Origin: a virus
Lineage: Duplodnaviria; Caudoviricetes
DNA: 61,607 nucleotides
Reading direction: 5' to 3' (one strand)
Virus record (IMG/VR): IMGVR_UViG_3300008448_000080
Span: 1 to 61,607 of that record
Numbering within the stretch: position 1 is the first letter of the stretch; every line of letters starts with the position of its first letter. The position numbers and the translations under genes are program-made. This document shows positions 53,122 to 61,607 of the stretch, piece by piece. The notes under the pieces are model-generated. The model was given only the letters and a program-made list of their open reading frames with translations, was not told the origin of the DNA and did no database searches.

Positions 53122-54333
53122 TCAGAACTTTTCAGGGTCAAGGCCCGCCTTCCGGAAGGCTTCCGGCTTCGTTGCTGCCAGCTGTTCCAGGGTCAGCTCC
53201 GTCCCGTTCCGGTCCACGAACTGGTCCACGTTCAACCCGCCCTTGCGGAACAAGGCCCCCTTGGTCTTGCCCAGGACCTCATCCTGGAAGGAGGCGGACT
53301 GACGGCCCAAGAAGTCCTGATATGTTGTGGCGGCGGGAACCCGGCCCACGTTCCGCTCCGCCCACTCCTTGCGAACGTCCTGGATGGACTTCCCTTGGGC
53401 CTTCGCTTCTGCGCGGAAGTCGATTTCACGCTTGTCCCGGGTCCGGGTATCCGTCACGGTGGGGCGGTTGCCCAGAAGCCCGACCCCGTCGATGTACGCC
53501 ACCATCACCGAGCGGCAGTTGATATGGGCGGGGGGCTTCGCGTTCGCGGGCGTGAGCGGCGGGACTCCTTCGGGCAGCGGGTTGTCGCCCACGGGGGCTC
53601 CGTGACCGTCCCGGGCGCGGCAAACAGCAGAGGTCCGCCCGTCCAGCGTGGAGGTCCAGATGCGGGCCTGTATCACGTCACTGTTCGCGTCCCAGACGTA
53701 GTTGCGAGCCGTGTTGGACACGTGGTTCACGGCGGTCCGGACGATGGCCTGGGCGTCCCGGCGGGTCATCGACAGGATGCCGTCCGCGTAGTTGTTCTTG
53801 CGAGTGCCCACGACACGGCGCACGATGTCGTCAATGGGCTCCCCCTGCGTCATCCCCAGCTGAAGGGCTTGTACAAGTCGTTGCTGATCGACCTGCTCCA
53901 GGGTCTGGAACCACTCCTTGAGCAAGCGGCCCTGGAACGGTTGCGAGGAGACGATGGCGCGGAGCTGATCAGCGGCCACGGCGGCGAAGCTGATTTCAAT
54001 CGGCAGGGAGGACTCCAGCACGGAGACTTCCCGGGCTCCTTCCATCGTGGACAGCGTGCCGAGCTCGGTGCGGACCGTCTCCCGGTACTCCGCCAGCGCC
54101 ACTGCGCGGGCGTCCTTCACGTCCGCCAGCAGGGCCTTCCAGCGGTCCCCGGTGAAGTCCATGGGCTTGCCCTCGAACTTGGCCAGGCGGGCCTTCAACT
54201 TCTCCGTCAGGTCCGCGTCCGCCTTCTCCAGGAGCTTGGCGATGCGCTTGTTCAACCCGGCGGAGTACCGGCGCAGGCCAATTTGGTGGCGCAGCGCGGC
54301 GTCCCTGTATTGTTCGTTACTGGTCATTGGCAT
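53122..54333 (-). CDS. Head morphogenesis protein (SPP1 gp7/MuF-like)
   Basis: RTAVNH, STLDGRTSAVCRARDG, PPAHINCRS. Confidence 0.9.
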   Translation of the reverse strand: MPMTSNEQYRDAALRHQIGLRRYSAGLNKRIAKLLEKADADLTEKLKARLAKFEGKPMDFTGDRWKALLADVKDARAVALAEYRETVRTELGTLSTMEGAREVSVLESSLPIEISFAAVAADQLRAIVSSQPFQGRLLKEWFQTLEQVDQQRLVQALQLGMTQGEPIDDIVRRVVGTRKNNYADGILSMTRRDAQAIVRTAVNHVSNTARNYVWDANSDVIQARIWTSTLDGRTSAVCRARDGHGAPVGDNPLPEGVPPLTPANAKPPAHINCRSVMVAYIDGVGLLGNRPTVTDTRTRDKREIDFRAEAKAQGKSIQDVRKEWAERNVGRVPAATTYQDFLGRQSASFQDEVLGKTKGALFRKGGLNVDQFVDRNGTELTLEQLAATKPEAFRKAGLDPEKF

Positions 54334-54913
54334 GATTCATCCTTTTCTTGATGGCGTCCCAACCCAATCCAGTTTCCCGCATAGCCCCGTGAATGGAAGG
54401 ATACAAAACCCCATCAATCACTACGGGCTTGGCGTTCACGGGCAGCTTCCCCAGCTTTGCCTGCGCCATCTTCGCACGTGCCTCCGTGGTTATGACCCGG
54501 CCCTTGCACTTCTCCGAGAATCGCTGGCGGGCTTCTGGTTTCCACTTGGTGCCCAGGACCTTCTGACGCTGGCGCTCCCGGGACTCCGGAGGCATCCGAT
54601 ACCCGGGTGTGCCTTCGCCCCCGTCCGTCAAGTTGTAGCCGTGTGGCTTCTGGGTTCCAAATGCCTTGATGGCTTTGCGTTCGAGGTCGCAGAGGTAGTC
54701 CCAGTCATCGGCAATGACCAGGACCTCCAACTGCGCCTGTCCCGGGTACTTGTTCAAGGCGTGGTGGAGCAGGGAACCTCCCCGGGGCTTTTCCCGCTTC
54801 AGGCGGGCGGCTTCTGCGCAGTGGTCCTTGAACCGACTTTTGGCCTGCTGCGTTGTGATGCCCAGGTAGGCTTTGCCGTTTGGGAAGGATACCCGGTACA
54901 AGCAACCCATCAC
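54317..54913 (-). CDS. GIY-YIG/NUMOD homing endonuclease
   Basis: CLYRV...AYLGIT, GYNLTDGGEG, NUMOD repeats, C-terminal V.IDGVLYPSI. Confidence 0.88.
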   Translation of the reverse strand: MMGCLYRVSFPNGKAYLGITTQQAKSRFKDHCAEAARLKREKPRGGSLLHHALNKYPGQAQLEVLVIADDWDYLCDLERKAIKAFGTQKPHGYNLTDGGEGTPGYRMPPESRERQRQKVLGTKWKPEARQRFSEKCKGRVITTEARAKMAQAKLGKLPVNAKPVVIDGVLYPSIHGAMRETGLGWDAIKKRMNHANDQ

Positions 54914-56478
54914 TCACCCCCGCCGGTGGCGGCGTCCACCTTCGCCTGTTGGGCCGCAATCTCCTCCTCCGATGCTCCCTCAGCCTTCAAGCGGTCCAGC
55001 TCCGCCCGTTCCGCGTCCCCTGGGCGGTCGCCCCCGGTCTTGTCCCCGGGATTGAGGTCCAAGCCAGCAGCGCCCATGGCTTGGCTGGTTTCCTCCATGA
55101 GTTCTTCCCAATCTGCCTCCTCATCGAAGTCCTCCGACAGGACGCCACGCATGCGCAGGGCTTCGAGGAAGGACTTGCGGCTGATGTCGCGCTTGTCGCG
55201 GGCGGCTTGGAGGGTCTGGAGGCCAACTTGGTCCTTCTCCTCCACTTGGAAGGTCTTGACCAACTCGATGCTTCCGCCTTCAGTGCCCAGGCGCATCCAT
55301 TCAGCGGTAATGCCCAAGGCTTGCTCCACCGCGTCCTCGAACACGCCCACCATCGCTGCGAGGTCGTTGGAGGCTTCGGCACTGTCCAAGGCGCGGGCGG
55401 TAGCGGTCGTGCCGCCGGGGCGCTTCTTCAGGAACTCCGCCCCGTACCCGGCCATTTGCGTTTCAAGGTCGTGCAGGTCATCGCGTCCGGACTTGATCGC
55501 GGCCCCGGTGTGCTCCACGTAGTAGAACCGGCCCTGGGCGTCCGGATTGTACAGCACCTTGTTCGGCCCAATCACCACCGGGTCCGAGTCCTCCCCGGAC
55601 GCCCCGGAGCACGCCAGCAGCGGGAAGCGGGTGACGGTGAGGATGTGGCGCTGGTCGGAGGTCGATTGCCAGTGAGCCACGTTCAGGTGAGCCAGGTCCA
55701 TCAGCGGGGGCTTCCCGTACATGAAGCCGTCCCGTTGGGCGTAGAACGTGACCAGCGGGATGTAGGTCAGGCCGGTCGCCCACTCATCGACCACGGCCCA
55801 GGCCTCCTTCCCGTTCTGGGCCTTCACCATTTCCCAGAGTTGTACAACCCCGGGCTCCATGACCCTGATGCGTTGCTTCTCCGTCTCCGCGAAGCCGTCC
55901 TGCTCCGTGTACGTCTCCATGATGCGGACGTGCTGGAGGACTTCCACGCCCTGAATCACCTCCGAGCGGGCGAACAGCACGCACTCCGGCTTGATCATCA
56001 CCCAGTACGGGCGCAGGCCTTCCCGGCGGTCATCCGCCAGAGTGCGCGGGCCTCCGCCTTCGACCGGGGCGGGGCGGGGGAAGTCGATGAGGACGTGTGC
56101 GAAGGCTTTGGCCATGCCCTCCCGGAACCAACGGCGACAGAACACCGCGATGTCGTTGCCTTGGAGGTCCACGTCATCCAGCACCGTGTTCTCCATCACC
56201 TCCGGCACGTCCTCCATCTTCACTTCTTCGCTGAAGGGCTTGCCGCTGAGGGTGTCCAACGTCTGGCTCACCATGTTCAGGAGGACGGCGGCGCTCAGGC
56301 GCTCCTCATAGCCCTTGTCCGTCTCCTCCGAGTGGCGGGGCAGGTACGTCTCCCCGGCGGCGCGCATGGTTTCGGTTCCGCCCAGGAGGGCTTCCATCAG
56401 GTGCCAGCGTGGCGACATCGCGTCATAGGCGGCGGAGGTCGTGGCGGGGCTTTTCGGGTCTTTCGCTTGCTGGCTCAT
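54910..56478 (-). CDS. Portal protein (DUF4055 type)
   Basis: LGGT..MR.AG..YLP...E....Y..RL; PPLMDLAHLNVAHWQ; follows terminase. Confidence 0.9.
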   Translation of the reverse strand: MSQQAKDPKSPATTSAAYDAMSPRWHLMEALLGGTETMRAAGETYLPRHSEETDKGYEERLSAAVLLNMVSQTLDTLSGKPFSEEVKMEDVPEVMENTVLDDVDLQGNDIAVFCRRWFREGMAKAFAHVLIDFPRPAPVEGGGPRTLADDRREGLRPYWVMIKPECVLFARSEVIQGVEVLQHVRIMETYTEQDGFAETEKQRIRVMEPGVVQLWEMVKAQNGKEAWAVVDEWATGLTYIPLVTFYAQRDGFMYGKPPLMDLAHLNVAHWQSTSDQRHILTVTRFPLLACSGASGEDSDPVVIGPNKVLYNPDAQGRFYYVEHTGAAIKSGRDDLHDLETQMAGYGAEFLKKRPGGTTATARALDSAEASNDLAAMVGVFEDAVEQALGITAEWMRLGTEGGSIELVKTFQVEEKDQVGLQTLQAARDKRDISRKSFLEALRMRGVLSEDFDEEADWEELMEETSQAMGAAGLDLNPGDKTGGDRPGDAERAELDRLKAEGASEEEIAAQQAKVDAATGGGE

Positions 56479-56538
56479 GTGTGTATCTCCTTCAACAATT
56501 TCAGTATTTTCGCCCCGGGAAGGCCCCGGGGCAAATGG

Positions 56539-58086
56539 TTACATGTCGGACTGCTTAACGCCACGCAGCTTCTTGCGTACACGGTAGCGGATGGCGTCCC
56601 CGATGTGGTCCTCAGCGTCCGTGTCCACGTCATCCAGGTTCTTGTCGTCCCGGGGGAGCACTGGCAGGGTTTCGAGGGTTTGGTGACACCAGTCGAAGAT
56701 GAACAGCCCCGGCGTCTCCCGAAGTCCGCCCCCGGGCGGAGGGCAGGCCCCCTTCAACATCTTGCGTATCTGCTCCCAACCCTGCTTCCGGCTTCCCGGC
56801 CCCTTGTCGGCGGGCGTCCAGCGGCATCCCCGCTTCTCCATGTCCACCGCGATGCTGTTGCCGTTCTCCACGTCGAAGATGGAGCTGTCAGCGGGGCCTG
56901 GGCGAACCTTGGCGGTGATGTCCCAATCGTCCTCCCGGTCCCGGATACCCTGCCCCACGTCCGTTGCGAGCATCCGGACGCCCTCGTTGCGGCTCCCGTT
57001 CCACCCGTACCACTCCTGGATCAGGTACAGGTCCCCGCGCACACGTCCGTAGGTGCGGCCCTGGTACTCGAAGGGCTCCCCGTTCGACTCCGCCCACCAC
57101 AGCGCGGCGAAGGGCTTGGAGCTGCCCCAGTCGAAGCTGCGGTCAATCTTCCACCGCTTCGGAATGAGGTGGAGCGGGACGGCGGGAACCACGTGCACGT
57201 TGGTCCGCCAGATGTCATCGAACATGCCCCCGGCGATGATGTCCCAGGAGCCATGGAGCCATGCTGCGAGTTCGGACGGGTTCCGAGCAGCGGCCCTGAT
57301 CTTGCTGATGTACTCCGGGTCAGCGTGGAGCAGGATTTGGTTCTCATAGATCGAACCGTGAATGGCGACACGCGGCGGCTCCCGTTCGCCTTCGCGCATG
57401 GAGTCACGGATGACGATGCCCCGGGAGTGGGGGAGGCGGAACCGGGACTTGACCCAGTTGTGCCCCGGCCCATAGGGGTTCGTGGTGGAGCGGTAGCAGC
57501 GGGGCATTCCCGGCTTCGTGGAGCGGCAGCACGACATCATCACCGTGTAGCACTTGTCATCCGGCCAGTTGCACAGCTCCTCCCAACCAATCCACGGATA
57601 GGCGTGGCCGTGGTAGTTCCAATAATCGTCTTGGGACTTCATATGGCGCAGCAGCAACTCCTCCCCTGAAGGGAAGGTCCACTTGTGCTCCACCTTGTTG
57701 TAGCGGGCTCCGGGGAAAATCTTGCGGAACCACTTGGTGGTCTTGTTGATCACGTCCGACAACTGCGGGTACGTCTGACGGAACAGGATGCCCCGCCATT
57801 CGCTCCCGTAGCCCTTCCCCACGTGCTGGAGGAAGTCCATGAGCAAGCAGTCGGTCTTGCCTGGGCCACGGGTCCCTTCATACAGGACCTCGAAGATGGG
57901 ATGAGCCTGAAGGAAGGCCAGCTGGGAGCCGTACTGCGGACACCACGTGGCCTCCATCTCCTTGCCCGTCACCGGGTCCCGGTAGAACCCGCGCAACTCC
58001 CCGGTTTCGACCTCCCGCCACTCGATGGGATACCCTGGGCGAACGGCCAGCGCCACCGCGTTGGAAATAGCGTTGGTGGTGTTCAC
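56539..58086 (-). CDS. terL: Terminase large subunit
   Basis: EGTRGPGKT Walker A, WEEL Walker B, TTNPYGPGH.WVK, FDWG, EDHIGDAIRY nuclease motif. Confidence 0.93.
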   Translation of the reverse strand: MNTTNAISNAVALAVRPGYPIEWREVETGELRGFYRDPVTGKEMEATWCPQYGSQLAFLQAHPIFEVLYEGTRGPGKTDCLLMDFLQHVGKGYGSEWRGILFRQTYPQLSDVINKTTKWFRKIFPGARYNKVEHKWTFPSGEELLLRHMKSQDDYWNYHGHAYPWIGWEELCNWPDDKCYTVMMSCCRSTKPGMPRCYRSTTNPYGPGHNWVKSRFRLPHSRGIVIRDSMREGEREPPRVAIHGSIYENQILLHADPEYISKIRAAARNPSELAAWLHGSWDIIAGGMFDDIWRTNVHVVPAVPLHLIPKRWKIDRSFDWGSSKPFAALWWAESNGEPFEYQGRTYGRVRGDLYLIQEWYGWNGSRNEGVRMLATDVGQGIRDREDDWDITAKVRPGPADSSIFDVENGNSIAVDMEKRGCRWTPADKGPGSRKQGWEQIRKMLKGACPPPGGGLRETPGLFIFDWCHQTLETLPVLPRDDKNLDDVDTDAEDHIGDAIRYRVRKKLRGVKQSDM

Positions 58087-58619
58087 TTCGTACCCTCCGG
58101 GCGTCCGGTGGTGCCCTTGGCCATAGCCCCGAACTGCTCCTGCCAATCGTCAATCGTGGCCGGAGCGGCGGGGATGATCAGCACGCCCCCGTTGCCCATG
58201 TCATAGGCTCCGGACTCCTTCCCGGGCTCCCGGAACTCTGCGGAGCGGGCCTTGAGCAGCTGCGACAACAAGCCGTCGCTGTAAATGCGCTCATAAGCAA
58301 TGATCTCATCCTTGAACTTCCCGCCCACGATAGGCTTCTGTACCCCGTTCACTGCCCGCTCAATCGCGGCCTTGATCAGGACCTCATCCGTGTGACGACA
58401 TTTGGCCTGCTGCACGGCCTCCTCAAATTCAGGGTCCTTCTTCCGGGCGTCCGCAATCGCGGTGTCTGAGACCCCTACCAATTCAGCGGACAGGCTCATC
58501 AGCCCGGACTTGCGAAGTTCATACAAATAGCGCAGCTTGATCTCCTCCGTGACCTTCACGGGAGGCTTGCGCCAATCCGGCTCCCTCACTGCGGGTGGTT
58601 TCGATTTGTTGGCGGACAT
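58083..58619 (-). CDS. terS: Terminase small subunit
   Basis: HTH-like N-terminus, RAVNGV, YSDGLL..LLKA; directly upstream of terL. Confidence 0.8.
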   Translation of the reverse strand: MSANKSKPPAVREPDWRKPPVKVTEEIKLRYLYELRKSGLMSLSAELVGVSDTAIADARKKDPEFEEAVQQAKCRHTDEVLIKAAIERAVNGVQKPIVGGKFKDEIIAYERIYSDGLLSQLLKARSAEFREPGKESGAYDMGNGGVLIIPAAPATIDDWQEQFGAMAKGTTGRPEGTK

Positions 58620-58769
58620 CACGCCCTCCTTTGACAATGGTTCAACGTCCCGGGGCATCACGCCCAAGGAACTTGTCACGGAGTATAGCGGTTGAGGGTG
58701 ATTTCGACAAGGTCGCCCCCGCCCGCGAAGTCAGGACCACGGCCCAACCAACTTCCGCCCAACAGATCG

Positions 58770-59108
58770 TGTGCGCTTGGGTTGCGCTTCAGTTTCCACC
58801 GTTCTACTTGACTTCCCACACGAAGAAGTATAGAACCCAAGTACAGCCCTAAGTCCCAGTAAATAAAGGCTTTTCTTATCTTTTATTATTATTATTACTT
58901 AACTTACTTAACTTACTTGGGATAGTTCCCCGGGAGCCGTTCTGGGCTGTCGGTCCGCGTTTGTCGGGCGAATTGAAAAATAACCCAAGTAACCCAAGTA
59001 AGTCAAGCGCAGATTGCGTAACCTCCAGCCCCGCTTGAGTTTCCTGGCAACTCCACACTATACTTTATCCCAAGTAATTGCGAGGTGAAGTCAAGTAACC
59101 CAAGCGCA
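58770..59108. repeat. Non-coding element copy B
   Basis: Direct, imperfect repeat of 29500-29828 with identical 48-bp and 26-bp blocks. Confidence 0.9.
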
Positions 59109-59113
59109 CTGAT

Positions 59114-59429
59114 TCAGCGCACCCCAACCAAGATAGAAGGCGGCAGCAGCAGGGTCCCTTCGGAGGGCTTCCAGAGGTGAAGGCAGAAGGGGTGGTTGTT
59201 CACGTAGTCGGAGCGGGGCGGGTGGAATTGCACCACGGCGTCCTCCTCCGTCCAGAACAGGTCCTTGACTGCGCACATTTCGTCCCAGGTGGGGCAGCGG
59301 TCCTTGCGGGAGACTGACACGTGTTCCCAACCTCCCTGATCGGAGGCGATGGCGAACAGCCGGGGTTTGCCCGGGGTCTTCAGCAATAGCTCGAAGGCTC
59401 CGTTGTTGCCGAAGGACGGGGAAGCTCAT
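59114..59429 (-). pseudogene. Conserved phage protein (GNNGAF...GWEHVSVS...CPTWDEMC) with 5' frameshift or deletion
   Basis: Coupled ATG at 59429 is out of frame with the conserved body. Confidence 0.55.
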
Positions 59430-59587
59430 GACGCGCACCCCTTCACGATAGCCGTGAGCATCACCGCCCAAAACAGCGCAACGGCTCCGAGCACGCGGAG
59501 GAGTTCCCAGTTGAAGCCGGGGGCGGGGCGGTTCGGGCAGTCACGGCCTTGTCGGCAGTTGTGATTGCAGCATTGTTTCTTGTTCAT
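59426..59587 (-). CDS. Small membrane protein with CCNHNCRQGRDCP motif
   Basis: ATGA coupling; one TM segment. Confidence 0.65.
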   Translation of the reverse strand: MNKKQCCNHNCRQGRDCPNRPAPGFNWELLRVLGAVALFWAVMLTAIVKGCAS

Positions 59588-60000
59588 ACAACCCTCGTCA
59601 CGTTCAGCACCTTGCGTTCCCACCACGTGGCCCACTCCTCCGTCCAGGAGGTCAGCGCACGGTCGAACTCCGCGTGGATGTGCTTCCAATCGTCCGGGTG
59701 AATGCGGCGCACGCGGTAATACTCCAGGTGCTCCGCCCGCCAACCCAGGGTCGTTTCCACGTACTCCCCGGACACCGGGAGGAAGTTGACATAATGCAGA
59801 ATCGGGTCCCCGTTGTCGATGTAGATCACCTCGATCACTTCGTGGCCGGGGTGGTCGTGGGCGTACTGCACCGCGTTCTCGAAGCAGCGGAAGTTGAATA
59901 CACCCTTCACCCCCTTGGGCTTGATCAGCTCATAGCGGGTCCGGACGAACCGGCACAGCCGTTCATGAATGCGCTTTTGGGCGCTTGCTTTGCTCAGCAT
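59584..60000 (-). CDS. Hypothetical protein (FNFRCFENAV...PILHYVN)
   Basis: 138-aa ORF in the operon. Confidence 0.75.
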   Translation of the reverse strand: MLSKASAQKRIHERLCRFVRTRYELIKPKGVKGVFNFRCFENAVQYAHDHPGHEVIEVIYIDNGDPILHYVNFLPVSGEYVETTLGWRAEHLEYYRVRRIHPDDWKHIHAEFDRALTSWTEEWATWWERKVLNVTRVV

Positions 60001-60445
60001 GTTTCTTGTCCTTTGCTAGTTTGATGGCTTGTTCCATATCGTTGACGGTCGCCACTTCCATCATCGCATCGTGTAGTTCCAGGAGGTCCCGGAAGGCTTG
60101 CAGCTCCGGAGCCCGAAGCGTACTGCGGCCCGTGGCCTTCAGGCGGTCCCAGACTTCTCGCAGCGCCACTTGCGACCTGATCAGGATGTCCTTGTACTCC
60201 CGCCCCCGGCCCATTGCCCAGAAGGCGTCCGCAATCGCGTGAGCGGTGATCAGCGTGGTCAGGTCCGCGAAGGAAGCCCGCCCGGTCAGCGCGGCTCCGA
60301 AGGCCAGTTGGTTCTTCAGTTGAAGGTCCACCAGGTAGCCTTCTTGGCAGCTGAGCAGGCTCACGCCTTCGGTGACGTACTCCATCGCATTCAACAGCTT
60401 CGGCTTCGGGCGGTACTTCTTGCGCGGTTTCTTGTTATTTGCCAT
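59963..60445 (-). CDS. Hypothetical protein (KKPRKKYRPK N-terminus)
   Basis: 160-aa ORF with GGAGG SD. Confidence 0.75.
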   Translation of the reverse strand: MANNKKPRKKYRPKPKLLNAMEYVTEGVSLLSCQEGYLVDLQLKNQLAFGAALTGRASFADLTTLITAHAIADAFWAMGRGREYKDILIRSQVALREVWDRLKATGRSTLRAPELQAFRDLLELHDAMMEVATVNDMEQAIKLAKDKKHAEQSKRPKAHS

Positions 60446-60674
60446 TGGCCGCAGCCTCCAGTTGATTGAGGGTCGTGAGGACGGCGGCGGACTCGAAGCG
60501 GGCGCACACTTCGCAGGAGCCGTCCGGGAGTTCCTTCACGTTCAGGATTTCGCCCACGGGTCCGGTCCGGTTCAGCAGGCGTACTCCGAACCCGGCGGGC
60601 GGGGCCTTGCGCGGGAGGACCAGCGTCACCCAGTCCGCTTCCCCGCACAGGCGGCGGAGTTCCCCGGGGCTCAT
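60435..60674 (-). CDS. Hypothetical protein
   Basis: 79-aa ORF, ATGA coupling. Confidence 0.65.
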   Translation of the reverse strand: MSPGELRRLCGEADWVTLVLPRKAPPAGFGVRLLNRTGPVGEILNVKELPDGSCEVCARFESAAVLTTLNQLEAAANGK

Positions 60675-60883
60675 CCCTCCCTCCGCTTCAGGCGTTGCAT
60701 AGCGTCCTCCAGGGCGTCCCGGTCATAGGTCACGCCCAGCATGTCGAACACATCCGCGCAGCCGTTGATCAGGGTTTTCCTGTAGCGGTCCTCCGTCTCG
60801 CTGAGTTCGTCCTCAATATGCTCCGTGCAATCCACGAAGTCCGGCACCGTGTTCTGAAAGCGGCAATATGACATGTTGGCCAC
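60671..60883 (-). CDS. Small conserved phage protein (NMSYCRFQNT motif)
   Basis: 70-aa ORF. Confidence 0.75.
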   Translation of the reverse strand: MANMSYCRFQNTVPDFVDCTEHIEDELSETEDRYRKTLINGCADVFDMLGVTYDRDALEDAMQRLKRREG

Positions 60884-60885
60884 GG

Positions 60886-61599
60886 TCAGTCATCCCACTG
60901 TTCGGACGCGGCGGACTCCACGTCATCCGCGTCAACGTCCACTTCGAGGGAGGAGCGGCCCACGTACATCGCCATCAGCATCGCGTCGAAGCTGCCAATG
61001 ATGTCCGGGCGGGAGGACGGCGTGACATCCTTCCCGTCCAGGTGCAGAGCGTACACGGAACCCTCCTTGTTGAAGGCCAAACGATAGCGGGCACGGTACT
61101 TCTGACTGTCGCGGTCGGAGCGGCCATAACTGTCCCCGGGCTTCTCGTTCTCATCCAGGTACAGCCAGCCCCCTCCGTACTCGCTGGGCTCAAAGTAGGC
61201 GAAGAAGGCGTCAGTGCGTTCCTTGTGGAATCCCTCCCGGGCCTCCTTGACCAGGTCGCTCATCTTCACCACCGGCGGGACATCGGGCATGACCTGCTTC
61301 ACCGCCTTCTCCAGGGCCACGGTCACGGCGTCCTGATTGGCGCAGCGTACCACTTCCAGGAGGGTCTTGTTCAGGACCTGCTGGAACTTCGCCACGTCAT
61401 CCAGATTCAGCCCGTGGGGCAGAGCAGCGGCCACTTGCTCCGTCAGTTTCTTGCGGAACTCCGAACGGTAGCCGGTAGCGTCCGAGATGGCGGAGGTCAC
61501 GGCCCCCTTCAGGTGTTTGTCCAGAATGGGTCCCAGCTTCTCCGCTGACAGTGCTTCGCCCAGGGCGGCTTCGAGGTCAATGTTGATCTTCAGTTCCAT
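60886..61599 (-). CDS. Hypothetical protein
   Basis: 237-aa ORF with phage-like codon usage. Confidence 0.8.
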   Translation of the reverse strand: MELKINIDLEAALGEALSAEKLGPILDKHLKGAVTSAISDATGYRSEFRKKLTEQVAAALPHGLNLDDVAKFQQVLNKTLLEVVRCANQDAVTVALEKAVKQVMPDVPPVVKMSDLVKEAREGFHKERTDAFFAYFEPSEYGGGWLYLDENEKPGDSYGRSDRDSQKYRARYRLAFNKEGSVYALHLDGKDVTPSSRPDIIGSFDAMLMAMYVGRSSLEVDVDADDVESAASEQWDD

Positions 61600-61607
61600 G
61601 ATGATTC

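Overview
The window is a GC-rich tailed-phage (siphovirus-type) genome of about 61.6 kb. It looks complete or nearly complete and circularly permuted, and essentially all genes lie on the minus strand. Gene content and order resemble the YuA/M6-like phages (Mesyanzhinovviridae). The modules are: early/accessory genes (about 59.1-61.6 kb and 0-6.2 kb); replication and nucleotide metabolism (primase-helicase, PolA, SNF2 and RecD-like helicases, class II RNR, dCMP deaminase); a full thymidine hypermodification cluster (about 13.4-21.2 kb: amino acid:DNA transferase, PLP enzyme, radical SAM, P-loop 5-hmdU DNA kinase, helical domain protein, Nmad5, dUMP hydroxymethylase, HD hydrolase); and morphogenesis plus lysis genes (29.8-58.6 kb). 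I found no integrase, tRNA or CRISPR array. The most notable observations are: (1) two copies of a ~330-bp iteron/AT-rich/inverted-repeat element that bracket the structural module roughly half a genome apart; (2) a Cfr9I/SmaI-like N4-C methyltransferase that could cover T-free sites the T modification cannot protect, alongside apparent palindrome depletion and a strong strand bias of CCGAG; (3) a conserved promoter plus structured 5' leader family; (4) a tailspike with four tandem ~175-aa repeats; (5) three GIY-YIG homing endonucleases and one remnant; (6) deletion/fusion scars in early genes. All family assignments come from motif recognition by eye; no searches were run.
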